Numbered from the stretch's first letter, positions 9,108 to 19,737 are shown. The stretch is DNA of 46,891 nucleotides from Deltaproteobacteria bacterium (GCA_021778975.1 JAJYBO010000001.1:1-46891); one strand, 5' to 3'. Numbers and translations: made by a program. Notes: generated by a model not told the origin, from the letters alone.

Positions 9108-9539
9108 ATGAAAGCGGAATCGTGTATCTTTTTTCAACTCGCCAAAGCCAGTCAGGCGGCCGCCAAATTCTGGAAAAACCGTCTGACCGATGCTCATGTG
9201 ACATCCTCCCAGGGCATGGTGCTGGGGTTTCTCCACGAAAATGACCAGGTGACCGCCAGAGAACTTGGAGAAAGGGTCATGGTAGATAGCGCCACACTGA
9301 CGGGCATTATTGACCGGCTCGAAAAAGCGGGCTTTGTGGAAAGAAAAGATCACCCCGAAGACCGAAGGGCGCTGAATGTCTGTCTGACAGCGCAGGGCAG
9401 ATATCTGACGGAAAACCTGATTCCCCTGGCGGAAGCCGCCAATCAGGACTTTCTGGAACCGCTTACCCTGGAAGAGCAGATGATTTTACGAATGCTGCTG
9501 AAAAAACTGACCTTGAAACACCGCATGACGGAAGCATAA
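9108..9539 (+). CDS. MarR-family transcriptional regulator
   Basis: 143 aa. SQGMVLGFLHENDQVTARELGERVMVDSATLTGIIDRLEKAGFVERKDHPEDRRALNVCLT is the canonical MarR winged-HTH with the DRR wing. Confidence 0.85.
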   Translation: MKAESCIFFQLAKASQAAAKFWKNRLTDAHVTSSQGMVLGFLHENDQVTARELGERVMVDSATLTGIIDRLEKAGFVERKDHPEDRRALNVCLTAQGRYLTENLIPLAEAANQDFLEPLTLEEQMILRMLLKKLTLKHRMTEA

Positions 9540-9555
9540 GTTTTTTGTATTCATA

Positions 9556-9569
9556 TAGCTTGCATACAA
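9556..9569. promoter_or_regulatory. 14-mer TAGCTTGCATACAA (inverted partner of 9068..9081) upstream of ppiB-ACAD-FeS genes
   Basis: Perfect 14/14 reverse complement of the site upstream of marR. Confidence 0.4.
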
Positions 9570-9693
9570 GTATTAAGCACGCTTCCTTTTTGTAACGTCG
9601 TCATTGATGCCGTTGTCAAAAACCTGTAAAGAGCTTTATACGGACGGAATGACCGTCTGTATTTTATCAACCCCCCATCAGGAGAAACATATT

Positions 9694-10218
9694 ATGTCCA
9701 TCACCAAAAGCACACACAAAGAAGATATCGAACGCCCTGTCGCCGTATTTGAAACATCCATGGGAACCTTCGAAGCGGAGCTTTACGCCCGTGAATGCCC
9801 GGAAACCGTATGGAATTTCATCAATCTGGCGGAAGGGCGCCAGGAGACAGACCGCGACGGTAATTTTTATGACGGTCTTTCGTTTCACCGTGTCATCAGA
9901 GATTTCGTCATTCAGGGCGGATGTCCCCAGGGAACCGGAACCGGCGGCCCCGGCTACCGGTTCGGAGATGAATTTCAACCATCCCTGAAGCATGACAGCG
10001 CCGGAATTCTGTCCATGGCCAATGCCGGTCCCGGAACCAACGGCAGCCAGTTCTTCATCACGCTCGCCCCGACCCCTCATCTGAACAACCGGCATTCGGT
10101 TTTCGGGAAGGTCATTAAAGGCATGGACGTCGTTCACGCCATCGGCGTCGTCCAGACCGGCCCCATGGATCGCCCTGTAACCCCCGTCACCATGAACAAG
10201 GTGACCATCCGAAGATAA
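9694..10218 (+). CDS. ppiB: Cyclophilin-type peptidyl-prolyl cis-trans isomerase
   Basis: Track ORF 9604..10218. The start was moved to ATG 9694, which has AGGAGA upstream. Motifs: [47 protein letters not shown]. Confidence 0.9.
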   Translation: MSITKSTHKEDIERPVAVFETSMGTFEAELYARECPETVWNFINLAEGRQETDRDGNFYDGLSFHRVIRDFVIQGGCPQGTGTGGPGYRFGDEFQPSLKHDSAGILSMANAGPGTNGSQFFITLAPTPHLNNRHSVFGKVIKGMDVVHAIGVVQTGPMDRPVTPVTMNKVTIRR

Positions 10219-10243
10219 CAAGCCGCGCTGCAACGAGGAGCCT

Positions 10244-11941
10244 ATGAATCTGCTGAATCCCAAATCGGAACAATTTGAACATCTGGATGCGCCATCGCGT
10301 AAAATCATGCGCGACACCATCCGTTTTTTCGAGAGCAAAGGGAAAGCCCGCCTCAAACACGACGATCACGAACGTGCGTGGTATCGGGATTTTCTGGATT
10401 TTATCAAAGAAAACAAAATATTCTCCACCCTGCTCACGCCGGCCCCTTACGGAGAACCCGGCTGCCGGTGGGATACTTCCAGAAACTGTGACTTCAGTGA
10501 AATCCTGGGGTTTTACGGCCTGCCCTACTGGTACACCTGGCAGGTCACTATTCTGGGACTTGGCCCGCTCTGGATGAGCCAGAATGACCCCATGAAACAG
10601 AAAACCGCCGGTCTTCTGAAAGACGGCGAAATTTTCGCCTTCGGCCTCTCTGAAAAAGCGCACGGCGCAGATCTTTACGCCAGTGAAATGACACTGACCG
10701 ATATCGGCGGCGGTCAGTACCGGGCGGATGGCGGCAAATATTATATCGGCAACGCCAATGAGGCGGCGATCGTCTCCACCTTCGGCAAGATAGCCGATTC
10801 CGATGAGTATGTGTTTTTCGCCGTCAACTCCAAACACCCCAATTATGAATGCGTCAAAAATGTCGTAAATTCCCAGAATTTCGTCGCCGAATATGCGCTG
10901 CACAGTTATCCGATCACCGACAGCGACATTCTTTCCCGCGGTCAGAATGCCTGGGATTCCTCACTGAACACGATCAATGTGGGCAAATTCAATCTGGGCT
11001 GGGCATCCATCGGGATCTGCACCCACGCCTTTTATGAAGCCATTCGGCACGCCGCCGGCCGCCGGCTGTTCCATCACTCCGTGACGGATTTTCCGCACGT
11101 AAGGCAGCTTTTCACCGACGCCTACGTCCGTCTGATCGCCATGAAGCTGTTTGCCTCCAGGGCCGCGGATTATATGCGAAGCGCCTCCGCGACCGATCGC
11201 CGCTACCTGCTCTATAACCCTATGGTCAAAATGAAGGTCACTACCCAGGGCGAGGAAGTCATCAACCTTCTGTGGGATGTCATCGCCGCCAAGGGGTTTG
11301 AAAAAGACATGTACTTCGAAATGGCGGCCCGGGATATCCGCGCGCTTCCCAAGCTGGAGGGAACGGTGCATGTGAACATGGCCCTCATCATCAAGTTCAT
11401 GGCCAACTATTTCTTCAATCCGGACCAGTTTCCGGAAATCCCCCGAAGAACCGACCCGGCCAACGACGAGTTTCTGTTCCAGCAAGGGCCTACGCGGGGG
11501 CTTGGCAAGATTCGTTTTCATGACTACCGGATCGCCTATAGCCGGCTGAATCTTCCCAATATCGAGATATTCAAGTCTCAGATCGAGGTCCTCAAAACAT
11601 TTCTGACGACCGCCACCCCCAGCGCGGAGCAGACCAAAGATATTGATTTTCTGCTGATAATAGGAGAGCTGTTCACACTGGTGGCATACGGCCAACTGAT
11701 TCTTGAAAACGCCGCCATTCATGCGGTTGAAGACGCGGTGGTGGATCAAATTTTCGATGTCATGGCGCGCGACTTTTCGAAGTTTGCGCTTCAGCTTTAC
11801 GCCAAGCCGTCCAGCACGCCGGCCCAGATGGATTTATGCCTCAAAATGATCCGCAAATCCGCGGTGTCTCCAGAGCGATTTGACACGGTTTGGACCCAAT
11901 ATGTCTATCCACTGAAAGACGCCTACGAAATGAATGCCTGA
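10244..11941 (+). CDS. Large acyl-CoA dehydrogenase family protein (AidB-like, 565 aa)
   Basis: FAFGLSEKAHGADLYASEMTL matches the ACAD middle-domain motif (G.TE...GSD). The length and helical C-terminal extension resemble the AidB-type long ACADs. Confidence 0.7.
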   Translation: MNLLNPKSEQFEHLDAPSRKIMRDTIRFFESKGKARLKHDDHERAWYRDFLDFIKENKIFSTLLTPAPYGEPGCRWDTSRNCDFSEILGFYGLPYWYTWQVTILGLGPLWMSQNDPMKQKTAGLLKDGEIFAFGLSEKAHGADLYASEMTLTDIGGGQYRADGGKYYIGNANEAAIVSTFGKIADSDEYVFFAVNSKHPNYECVKNVVNSQNFVAEYALHSYPITDSDILSRGQNAWDSSLNTINVGKFNLGWASIGICTHAFYEAIRHAAGRRLFHHSVTDFPHVRQLFTDAYVRLIAMKLFASRAADYMRSASATDRRYLLYNPMVKMKVTTQGEEVINLLWDVIAAKGFEKDMYFEMAARDIRALPKLEGTVHVNMALIIKFMANYFFNPDQFPEIPRRTDPANDEFLFQQGPTRGLGKIRFHDYRIAYSRLNLPNIEIFKSQIEVLKTFLTTATPSAEQTKDIDFLLIIGELFTLVAYGQLILENAAIHAVEDAVVDQIFDVMARDFSKFALQLYAKPSSTPAQMDLCLKMIRKSAVSPERFDTVWTQYVYPLKDAYEMNA

Positions 11942-11960
11942 TAGCGGCAAGGAGATTCTT

Positions 11961-13022
11961 ATGAACGACGTTTATCAAAATCTTGCACAGCATTTGGACA
12001 ATTTGCCAGCCGGCTTTCCGGCGACGGAAACCGGCGTTGAAATCCGGATCCTCAAGCGGCTCTTCACCCCCGAAGAAGCTCGTATCGCCGCCGGTCTGGT
12101 CATGATGCCGGAACCGGCGTCCGCGATTGCGGCAAGGCTTCAGATGGAGGAAGCGGTGCTGACACCAGTACTGGAAGACATGTCCCGAAAGGGGCTGATT
12201 TACCGCTCCAGCCGGCATGGTCAGACTTATTACATGGCCGCCCAGTTTGTGGTGGGCATTTGGGAGTACCATGTCAAAAGTCTCGATCTGGAACTGATCA
12301 AGGACTTCAACGAATATGCCCCCTATCTGATGCAGCAGGCCTGGACGGAAACCAAAACCAAGCAGCTCCGGGTGATTCCCATTTCCAAGAGTATTTCTGC
12401 GGAAATGCTCACCATGCCTTACGACGAAGCTGAAAAAATCATCCGGCAGCAAACCAAGATCGTGGTGGCTCCGTGCATCTGCCGAACCGAACACAAGATG
12501 GCCGGCAAAGGCTGTGACAAACCTATCGAGGTCTGCCTGTCCTTTGGCAGCGGCGCCTATTTTTATGAAGAAAACGGGCTTGGCCGCTCCATCAATCAGG
12601 AGGAAGCGCTGGATATTCTGGCCAAAGGCATGGAAGCCGGTCTGGTGCTGCAACCCGGCAATTCTCAAAAACCCACCAACATCTGCATGTGCTGCGGGTG
12701 CTGCTGCCAGATTCTGAAGAACCTGAACCAGCTCGATGAACCCGCCAGAGCGGTCAACACCAGCTACTTCGCCGAAGTCGCCGCCGATAACTGCACGGGG
12801 TGCGGCATGTGTGCGGAGCGCTGCCAGATGCAGGCCATCGTCGTCGAGGACGTCGCCCATGTCAAAAAAGAACGCTGCATCGGCTGCGGACTTTGCGTGG
12901 CCGCTTGCAACTTCGATGCGATTCATCTGCTTGAAAAAAAGCCGGAAGATCGCTGGATACCGCCCGCCAACACCGTTGAAACCTACATCAACATCGCACG
13001 GGAACGAGGCAAGCTCGGATGA
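11961..13022 (+). CDS. Iron-sulfur protein: N-terminal winged-helix-like region, Cys-rich core, C-terminal 2x[4Fe-4S] ferredoxin domain
   Basis: Track ORF 11934..13022. The start was moved to ATG 11961, which has AAGGAG 6 nt upstream. Cys motifs: CICRTEHKMAGKGC...C, NICMCCGCCC, CTGCGMCAERC and CIGCGLCVAAC. Confidence 0.7.
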   Translation: MNDVYQNLAQHLDNLPAGFPATETGVEIRILKRLFTPEEARIAAGLVMMPEPASAIAARLQMEEAVLTPVLEDMSRKGLIYRSSRHGQTYYMAAQFVVGIWEYHVKSLDLELIKDFNEYAPYLMQQAWTETKTKQLRVIPISKSISAEMLTMPYDEAEKIIRQQTKIVVAPCICRTEHKMAGKGCDKPIEVCLSFGSGAYFYEENGLGRSINQEEALDILAKGMEAGLVLQPGNSQKPTNICMCCGCCCQILKNLNQLDEPARAVNTSYFAEVAADNCTGCGMCAERCQMQAIVVEDVAHVKKERCIGCGLCVAACNFDAIHLLEKKPEDRWIPPANTVETYINIARERGKLG

Positions 13023-13144
13023 AGCTGTTCCCTCTCCCGCCCCGGAGGGGGAGGGGATAGCAATTGCAGTTTATGACCGTTTAAAGTATATGAGAGCTTT
13101 GAGTTTCAAAAGGCGTCCATTCAGACAAGGCTCTCGAATCCATA

Positions 13145-16036
13145 ATGACAACGAATCACATCCTGGTGCGGGGCGCCAGACAACACAATCTCAAGAATAT
13201 AGACGTAGATATCCCCAGAAACCGCCTGGTGGTAATTACCGGGCTTTCGGGATCAGGGAAATCTTCTCTGGCGTTTGACACCCTGTACGCCGAAGGTCAG
13301 CGCCGGTATGTGGAATCGCTCTCCACATATGCCCGTCAGTTCCTGGAACGGATGGAAAAACCAGACGTGGATTTCATCGAAGGATTGTCCCCGGCTATCG
13401 CCATCGAACAAAAAACGGCAGGCCACAACCCCAGATCCACCGTCGGAACCGTTACGGAAATCTATGATTATCTCAGACTCCTTTTCGCCAGAGTCGGTAT
13501 TCCTCACTGCCATCGCTGCGGCGCGCCCATCGTCAGTCAAAGTCTGGATCAGATGATGGACCATTTGACATCTCTGGAAACCGGATCCCGAATCATTCTC
13601 CTGGCCCCGCTGGTGAAAGATCGGAACGGAAGTCATGACAAACTGTTCAAACAGCTCATGCGTCAGGGGTTTTCAAAGGTCCGGGTCAATGGAGATTTCA
13701 AAGACATCGAACAGATCAAGGATCTGGACAAAAAAACACATCACACCATTGATGTCGTGGTGGATCGCCTTATCATCAAACCCGGTATGGAAAATCGCCT
13801 GGCGGATTCACTGGAGTTGACCCTCTCTCAATCCGGCGGCATAGCGATCGTGGAGATCGTGGGCCAGGCAGAACCGCTTGTCTTCAGTGAAAAAGCCGTC
13901 TGTATGACGTGCGGCATCAGCTATCCGCCATTCACTCCGGCCAGTTTTTCCTTCAATTCTCCTCATGGAGCATGCCCCACTTGTGATGGATTGGGCGCCA
14001 TTACGGCGGTAGATCCAGACCTGGTCATTCCCAATCCCGAACTGTCCCTGCGAGAGGGCGCGGTGCTGCCATGGGCGAAACGCGACTCGTTGCAATTCAT
14101 CGAATTTCTGGAAGCGCTTACCCAGACGTATGGCGCCGATATCTATACCCCTTACAAAGACCTTCCCGAGGCGTTTCGCCAGGTGCTGCTGTACGGATCC
14201 GGTGAAACCCCCATCCATTTTCATATCGAACACGATGCGCGCCGTATTGACTATTCCAGACCATTCGAAGGCATTATCCCCAAGCAGGAACGACGCTACA
14301 AAGCCACAGATTCGTCGTGGGCAAGGGATGAAATCCAGCAGTATATGAGCTTCAGGCCCTGCGCGGTCTGCGCCGGTTCCCGCCTGAATCCAGCCGCTCG
14401 TTCCGTCAGGGTTCAGGGGTACTCCTTGAGTGAGCTGACATCTCTGTCCATTGGCGGCGCCCTGGAACGGTTTCAACACTTGAAGCTCTCCGGCAGACAG
14501 CAGGTCATCGCCGAACGCATTCTGAAAGAAGTAATCGAACGGCTGGGATTTTTGGACCATGTGGGGCTTTCTTATCTGACCCTCGACCGTTCCGCGAACA
14601 CACTTTCCGGCGGTGAAAGCCAGCGAATCCGCCTGGCAACCCAGATTGGCTCAAAATTGACCGGTGTTCTGTATGTACTCGATGAACCCAGCGTCGGATT
14701 GCATCAAAGAGATAATCAGCGTTTGCTCTCCGCGCTGGAACAGATGCGAGATTTGGGAAATACCGTACTGGTGGTGGAGCATGACGAAGAAACCATTCTG
14801 GCGGCGGATCATGTGGTGGATATGGGGCCGGGCGCCGGGGTTCTGGGCGGTGAAGTGATATTTTCAGGAAGCCCGGAGGATATCGTAAAGTATGACAAAT
14901 CCCTGACCGGTCAATATCTCTCCGGACGGAAAAGAATTGAAATACCATCCACCCGGAGATATGGAAACGGACAATGGATCCGAATCGAAGGGGCCAGTGG
15001 CCACAATCTCAAATCCGTACAAACCGGGTTTCCGCTGGGATGTTTCATCTGTGTGACCGGAGTTTCAGGTTCTGGAAAATCCACGCTGGTGCTGGAAACC
15101 CTGTACAACGCGCTGAAACAACGCCTGTATCATTCCCGAATTCCGGCAGCGCCCTACACCCAACTGAAAGGTCTTGAATTCATAGACAAGGTCATCAACA
15201 TTGATCAATCGCCGATCGGTAGAACCCCCCGCTCCAACCCCGCCACCTATACGGGTGTGTTCACCCATATCCGGGACTTGTTCGCCAAAACCCAGGATGC
15301 CCGTCAGCGAGGTTTCAAGTCGGGCCGTTTCAGCTTCAATGTCAAGGGCGGACGGTGCGAAGCCTGCGGTGGAGATGGCGTCATCAGAATCGAAATGCAC
15401 TTTCTTCCGGATGTATATGTCACCTGCGATGTATGCAGCGGAAAACGCTATAATCGAGAAACGCTCGAAATCCGGTATAAAGGCAAGCACATCGCTGATG
15501 TCCTGGATATGACGGTGCATCAGTCCCTGGAATTCTTCGAAAAAATTCCGGCCATCCACACAAAGCTGCAAACACTTTACGATGTCGGACTGGACTATAT
15601 CCGGCTGGGACAGCCTGCCACAACACTTTCGGGTGGCGAGGCTCAACGAATCAAACTGAGCAGCGAGCTATCCAAAAAAGGCACTGGCAAAACCCTTTAT
15701 ATCCTGGATGAACCCACCACAGGGCTTCATATCGCGGACATTCAGAATCTGCTGCACATTCTAAACCGCCTGGTAGATGCCGGCAACACCGTTCTGGTTA
15801 TCGAGCATCACTTGGACGTCATTAAATCTGCCGATTACCTGATAGACCTTGGACCAGAAGGCGGAGACGCCGGCGGTAATGTGGTGGGGTGCGGCACGCC
15901 GGAAGCTCTTGCTGGCAATCCCCTGTCTCACACCGGACGTTATTTACAGCACAGCATCCGAAACAGTCTTGACGACTTCGTAAAAAGTCCGGATGCTGCG
16001 TTGCGCTGCATCCTTCGTCATTGCGACGCACCATAA
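13145..16036 (+). CDS. uvrA: Excinuclease ABC subunit A
   Basis: 963 aa. It has two ABC ATPase modules ([14 protein letters not shown] and [11 protein letters not shown]), LSGGE signatures twice, and zinc-finger Cys pairs. The last ~23 codons and the stop lie inside repeat copy 3. Confidence 0.97.
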   Translation: MTTNHILVRGARQHNLKNIDVDIPRNRLVVITGLSGSGKSSLAFDTLYAEGQRRYVESLSTYARQFLERMEKPDVDFIEGLSPAIAIEQKTAGHNPRSTVGTVTEIYDYLRLLFARVGIPHCHRCGAPIVSQSLDQMMDHLTSLETGSRIILLAPLVKDRNGSHDKLFKQLMRQGFSKVRVNGDFKDIEQIKDLDKKTHHTIDVVVDRLIIKPGMENRLADSLELTLSQSGGIAIVEIVGQAEPLVFSEKAVCMTCGISYPPFTPASFSFNSPHGACPTCDGLGAITAVDPDLVIPNPELSLREGAVLPWAKRDSLQFIEFLEALTQTYGADIYTPYKDLPEAFRQVLLYGSGETPIHFHIEHDARRIDYSRPFEGIIPKQERRYKATDSSWARDEIQQYMSFRPCAVCAGSRLNPAARSVRVQGYSLSELTSLSIGGALERFQHLKLSGRQQVIAERILKEVIERLGFLDHVGLSYLTLDRSANTLSGGESQRIRLATQIGSKLTGVLYVLDEPSVGLHQRDNQRLLSALEQMRDLGNTVLVVEHDEETILAADHVVDMGPGAGVLGGEVIFSGSPEDIVKYDKSLTGQYLSGRKRIEIPSTRRYGNGQWIRIEGASGHNLKSVQTGFPLGCFICVTGVSGSGKSTLVLETLYNALKQRLYHSRIPAAPYTQLKGLEFIDKVINIDQSPIGRTPRSNPATYTGVFTHIRDLFAKTQDARQRGFKSGRFSFNVKGGRCEACGGDGVIRIEMHFLPDVYVTCDVCSGKRYNRETLEIRYKGKHIADVLDMTVHQSLEFFEKIPAIHTKLQTLYDVGLDYIRLGQPATTLSGGEAQRIKLSSELSKKGTGKTLYILDEPTTGLHIADIQNLLHILNRLVDAGNTVLVIEHHLDVIKSADYLIDLGPEGGDAGGNVVGCGTPEALAGNPLSHTGRYLQHSIRNSLDDFVKSPDAALRCILRHCDAP

Positions 16037-16077
16037 GTACGCATCACTCCTCAAAATCGACTTTTTACGAGAACATC
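15969..16077 (+). repeat. Intergenic structured repeat, copy 3 (short variant, ~45 bp internal segment missing)
   Basis: ttgacgacttcgtaaaaagtccggatgctgcgttgcgctgcatccttcgtcattgcgacgcaccataagtacgcatcactcctcaaaatcgactttttacgagaacatc. It overlaps the uvrA 3' end by 68 nt and ends 4 nt before the kinase stop codon. Confidence 0.9.
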
Positions 16078-16081
16078 CGTT

Positions 16082-18538
16082 TTACTCATCCAAAATCTTT
16101 CTGATCCTGAAGGCAATTTCTCTCAAAGAAATCGGTTTCATGACAAAATCTCGGATGCCGGCCTTTCGGACGTCTTCTTCGGTAATCAGCTCGCTGAAAC
16201 CGGTGTACAGCATGATAGGGATGTTGTCTCGAATTTTAAGCAATTTTGCGGATAAATCTATACCGGTCATATCGGGCATGGTCATATCGGTAAGAATGAT
16301 GTCGAAATCGTCAGGATGCGCGTCGAAAATTTCGAGCGCCTTTACGGGGTCCGTTATCGCGGTCATCCGGTAGCCCAGCCCTTTGAGCATGTCCCGCCAC
16401 ATTTCTGCGAGCATGGGTTCGTCATCTACAAGCAGAATACTTTCGCAACCTGTTGGAATTGACTCCGCCATACCTGTTTCCACCGGACGATCCTCATGGA
16501 TAATCGCCGGCAGATACACGTTGAAAATCGATCCTGAGGACGGTTCACTCTGTACGACAATCGTTCCGCCATAGTCCCTGACAATTCCATATACCACGGA
16601 AAGCCCCAGCCCCGTGCCTTCTCCGATCTTTTTGGTGGTAAAGAAGGGATCGAATATCCGCTGTAACACATTCGGCGCCATACCAACACCGGTATCGCTG
16701 ATCGTCAGATTCACATAAACGCCAGGATGCAAATCCGGGTGTGAAATTGTCATGTCCGGATGAATTTCCACATTGGAGAGATGGACTCCGAGAATGCCCC
16801 CCTTCTCTCGCATCGCCCACGCAGCGTTGGTGCAAAGATTCAGCAGTATCTGATGTATCTGGGTCGGATCGGCCAGAACTGTGAACATATCGCGAACAAT
16901 GTTTTCTCTAATTTTAATCGTGGACGGAATCGTCGCTCGCAACAGCGTCAGCGCCTCTTTGACGATTAATGCCATGTTCACAGGCCCAACTTCTTTTTCC
17001 GCATTACGGCTGAAGGCAAGAATCTGCTGTATCAGACTTTTCGCACGGTCAGCCGCTTTGGATATCTGTTCTATGCAGTACTCTGTCTGCGCTCGGCCCG
17101 GATTCATGACGGCCATTTCACTGTACCCCAGAATCACCGACAGGATATTGTTGAAGTCATGCGCGATCCCCCCTGCAAGCGTACCAATGGCTTCCATTTT
17201 TTGAGAGTGGAGAAGCCGTGATTCCAGCATCTTGCGATCCGTGATATCCTGAGCGGAACAATCAACGTAACTGAGTTTTCCAGCGGCGTCACGCACCACG
17301 CGGATGTTCAGAGTGAGCCATACCACGCTGTGATCCTTGCGAAACGCCTGTATCTCGAATTCCGTGACCGTTTCCTGCCGATTTACCGTACGCAAAAGCT
17401 CGGTCCGCTGATCCGGATTCACCCACAATTGTCGGGCGATATCGGTGATACTGTGCATCAGATCATCGGGAGAATCATATCCGAGAATGCGCGCAAACGC
17501 TGGATTGGCGCTCAGAATTCGTCCTTCGAAATTGCTCTGAAATATCCCCATCGCGGCATTCTCGAAAATACTGCGATATTTTTCCTCCGCGCGGATCATG
17601 GCGGCTTCCGCCTGTTTACTCTCGGTAATATCGCGAATACATTCAATCGCGCCGACGACATTGCCTTCAGAGTCATGCAGCGTGCAGGCCGCGCCCCAGA
17701 GAAAAATTCCTTTGCCTCTGAATCCTGGAATATGCACCTCACCCACGAGGATCGCTCCCTGCCGTTTCACCTGAGAATATTTTTCTTCAACCTCCTGTTT
17801 GGGTTTAAGAACAAGGTCTATGAGAATCGGCCTTCTCTCCCCATAAAACGGCAGCGCATATGCGTAATCGGTTTTCCCGATCATATCTTCGGCGCGAACG
17901 CCTGTCATGGCCTCGATCGCCCGATTCCAGGCGATCACCCTGCCCCCTTTATCAATAACAAACGTGGCGTCCGGAAGAAAGCTGATGATATTTTCAAGCC
18001 GCTTCTGAAATTCTCTTAAGGTTTCTTCGAACTGTTTGCGTCTTGTGATATTCCGAATAATGATGATGATCTGATCTTCGAGCAGCGGCAATATGCGGGC
18101 TTCATAAAACTGCTTCCGTCCGTGAATTTGCATGGCATAGTCAAAACTGGTCAGCAATCTCGTCATCTGAACTTTATGAATCGCCTTCTGAAAATCTTCG
18201 CCGATCTCTTTAAAAGGAACATCCTGAATGCGTTTTCCGATCAGATCGGTTGGCGGCAAAAAAAAATCATCGGCGCCGCCGGCCTCATAATCAATGATTT
18301 TTCCATTGGCATTGAGACGAAACAGCAGGTCTGGAATCGCCTGAAAAATAGCCCGCATCTCGGCATTTGCCTGGAGCAGTTCCTGAGAACTCAGTTCGAG
18401 TGACCGCTCCAGCATCTTGCGGTCCTGATCGGATGCCTCGTAAGCATCGTTCACGGCGTCCAGGAACCTCCGATATTCAACGGACATCGGAGCATCCCCG
18501 AAATACCTGCGTAACTGGCGTTTCAACAGGCTGTGCAT
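16082..18538 (-). CDS. Hybrid sensor histidine kinase (multiple PAS domains, HisKA/HATPase core, C-terminal receiver)
   Basis: 818 aa. H-box is GGIAHDFNNIL, the N/G boxes are NLCTNAAWAM and GTGLGLSVVYGIV, and the receiver is ILLVDDEP...IILTDMTMPDMTG...VMKP. PAS-like repeats carry RDITERK-type ends. No transmembrane segments are evident. Confidence 0.9.
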   Translation of the reverse strand: MHSLLKRQLRRYFGDAPMSVEYRRFLDAVNDAYEASDQDRKMLERSLELSSQELLQANAEMRAIFQAIPDLLFRLNANGKIIDYEAGGADDFFLPPTDLIGKRIQDVPFKEIGEDFQKAIHKVQMTRLLTSFDYAMQIHGRKQFYEARILPLLEDQIIIIIRNITRRKQFEETLREFQKRLENIISFLPDATFVIDKGGRVIAWNRAIEAMTGVRAEDMIGKTDYAYALPFYGERRPILIDLVLKPKQEVEEKYSQVKRQGAILVGEVHIPGFRGKGIFLWGAACTLHDSEGNVVGAIECIRDITESKQAEAAMIRAEEKYRSIFENAAMGIFQSNFEGRILSANPAFARILGYDSPDDLMHSITDIARQLWVNPDQRTELLRTVNRQETVTEFEIQAFRKDHSVVWLTLNIRVVRDAAGKLSYVDCSAQDITDRKMLESRLLHSQKMEAIGTLAGGIAHDFNNILSVILGYSEMAVMNPGRAQTEYCIEQISKAADRAKSLIQQILAFSRNAEKEVGPVNMALIVKEALTLLRATIPSTIKIRENIVRDMFTVLADPTQIHQILLNLCTNAAWAMREKGGILGVHLSNVEIHPDMTISHPDLHPGVYVNLTISDTGVGMAPNVLQRIFDPFFTTKKIGEGTGLGLSVVYGIVRDYGGTIVVQSEPSSGSIFNVYLPAIIHEDRPVETGMAESIPTGCESILLVDDEPMLAEMWRDMLKGLGYRMTAITDPVKALEIFDAHPDDFDIILTDMTMPDMTGIDLSAKLLKIRDNIPIMLYTGFSELITEEDVRKAGIRDFVMKPISLREIAFRIRKILDE

Positions 18539-18542
18539 CGCA

Positions 18543-19682
18543 TCATATTTCCAAAAAAGTGGTGATCGTCATGGTCTGGTTGTGAAGTTCACATTTGCCG
18601 CCAGGGGTAAACGGCGAAATTTCGCCATAGGAATAGAAACCTGTCATAACGGTATGCCTGCCCAAAATATTTTGCACGCCCTCCACCTCTTCTTCGACCC
18701 GCTGCCTGAGTACCAATTTTCTGGCAACACAACTGATGAGAATCGCCAGTTCCGGAGGTACATCTTTCATATCCTGACAACTGGTCTCAGCAGCGCCTAC
18801 AGCGCCATCAATCAGTCTGTCAATATTGGCCTTCATCAAGCGCGCATACGCGCCCAGAGGAACGTCTCCGGCAAATCTGAGGCTTTGATCCTTTTCGCGA
18901 ACCGCAAGAATCGCCCGCACAACCCCTGTCTCACCGACAGCCGTCCGAACACTGAGCGGAAAATGAAGCCCGGTTGCAGGAAGACCATCCGCATATTCGC
19001 CCAGATATTTTTTATACAACGCCAGCGCCGACGATCCGTCCAGCTCGTACAGCACATTTCCGTCGGAGCGGGTGATGAGTCGTTCAGGCCCAAATGGATC
19101 CCATCCCCCCATGGAACCGTACCGCACTTTCAAACGATCTCCGTAGAATCCCACCACCGCAATGGTATCCTTTTCAGGAGTACTGTCCCAGAATGTCAGC
19201 GTCTCACCAAAACGCTCGCCGTCTCCGGCAAGACCGCCGGTAACGGTGACGCGATCGGGAAGGTGCTGTGTCACCCCCCGCACCAGATCGCTACCATTGA
19301 CCGCAAGCCCATCGGACAAAACCATGACGTGCGTCAAACCTTCGGGATTGAGAAGCTCCGCCAACAATTTTCCGGCATGAAAGCTGTTTTCCGTTTGCGT
19401 CAGCCGTATCTGCCCCCCCATGACCGGAGTATGTTCAAAATAAATGGCAGTGGATACCAGGGTATTGTCCAATACCTGATCGCCGCAGATTTCCCCGGCG
19501 GTGGAGCATCCAAACAAATGGGCATTGGGATATGCCGCGCTTACCTGCTCGATGAGACAGCGCTCTTTCAGAATCGCCGTCGCGCCAAACAACATGACCA
19601 GTTGAGCGGATTCGGTCATAAAAGCCGACGCCGCCGATGTCCATGACTGGGAAAGCGTCCACTGTCTTTGTTCCGTTCTCAT
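18543..19682 (-). CDS. FIST-domain (FIST_N/FIST_C) signal-sensing protein
   Basis: 379 aa. The stop is 4 nt from the kinase start codon. The pattern LVMLFG...FGCSTAGEI...GFYSYGEISP is typical of FIST proteins. Confidence 0.75.
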   Translation of the reverse strand: MRTEQRQWTLSQSWTSAASAFMTESAQLVMLFGATAILKERCLIEQVSAAYPNAHLFGCSTAGEICGDQVLDNTLVSTAIYFEHTPVMGGQIRLTQTENSFHAGKLLAELLNPEGLTHVMVLSDGLAVNGSDLVRGVTQHLPDRVTVTGGLAGDGERFGETLTFWDSTPEKDTIAVVGFYGDRLKVRYGSMGGWDPFGPERLITRSDGNVLYELDGSSALALYKKYLGEYADGLPATGLHFPLSVRTAVGETGVVRAILAVREKDQSLRFAGDVPLGAYARLMKANIDRLIDGAVGAAETSCQDMKDVPPELAILISCVARKLVLRQRVEEEVEGVQNILGRHTVMTGFYSYGEISPFTPGGKCELHNQTMTITTFLEI

Positions 19683-19737
19683 AAATGCCTCGAAGTTCGG
19701 GGATAAAAATACGGAAATAATGCCTGTCGCCTGAAGT

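Noticed and set aside
13030-13056. GC-rich hairpin (CCCTCTCCC...GGGGGAGGG) after the Fe-S protein gene, considered as a terminator.
   Set aside because: The stem is stable but no U-run follows, so I cannot support an intrinsic terminator call.
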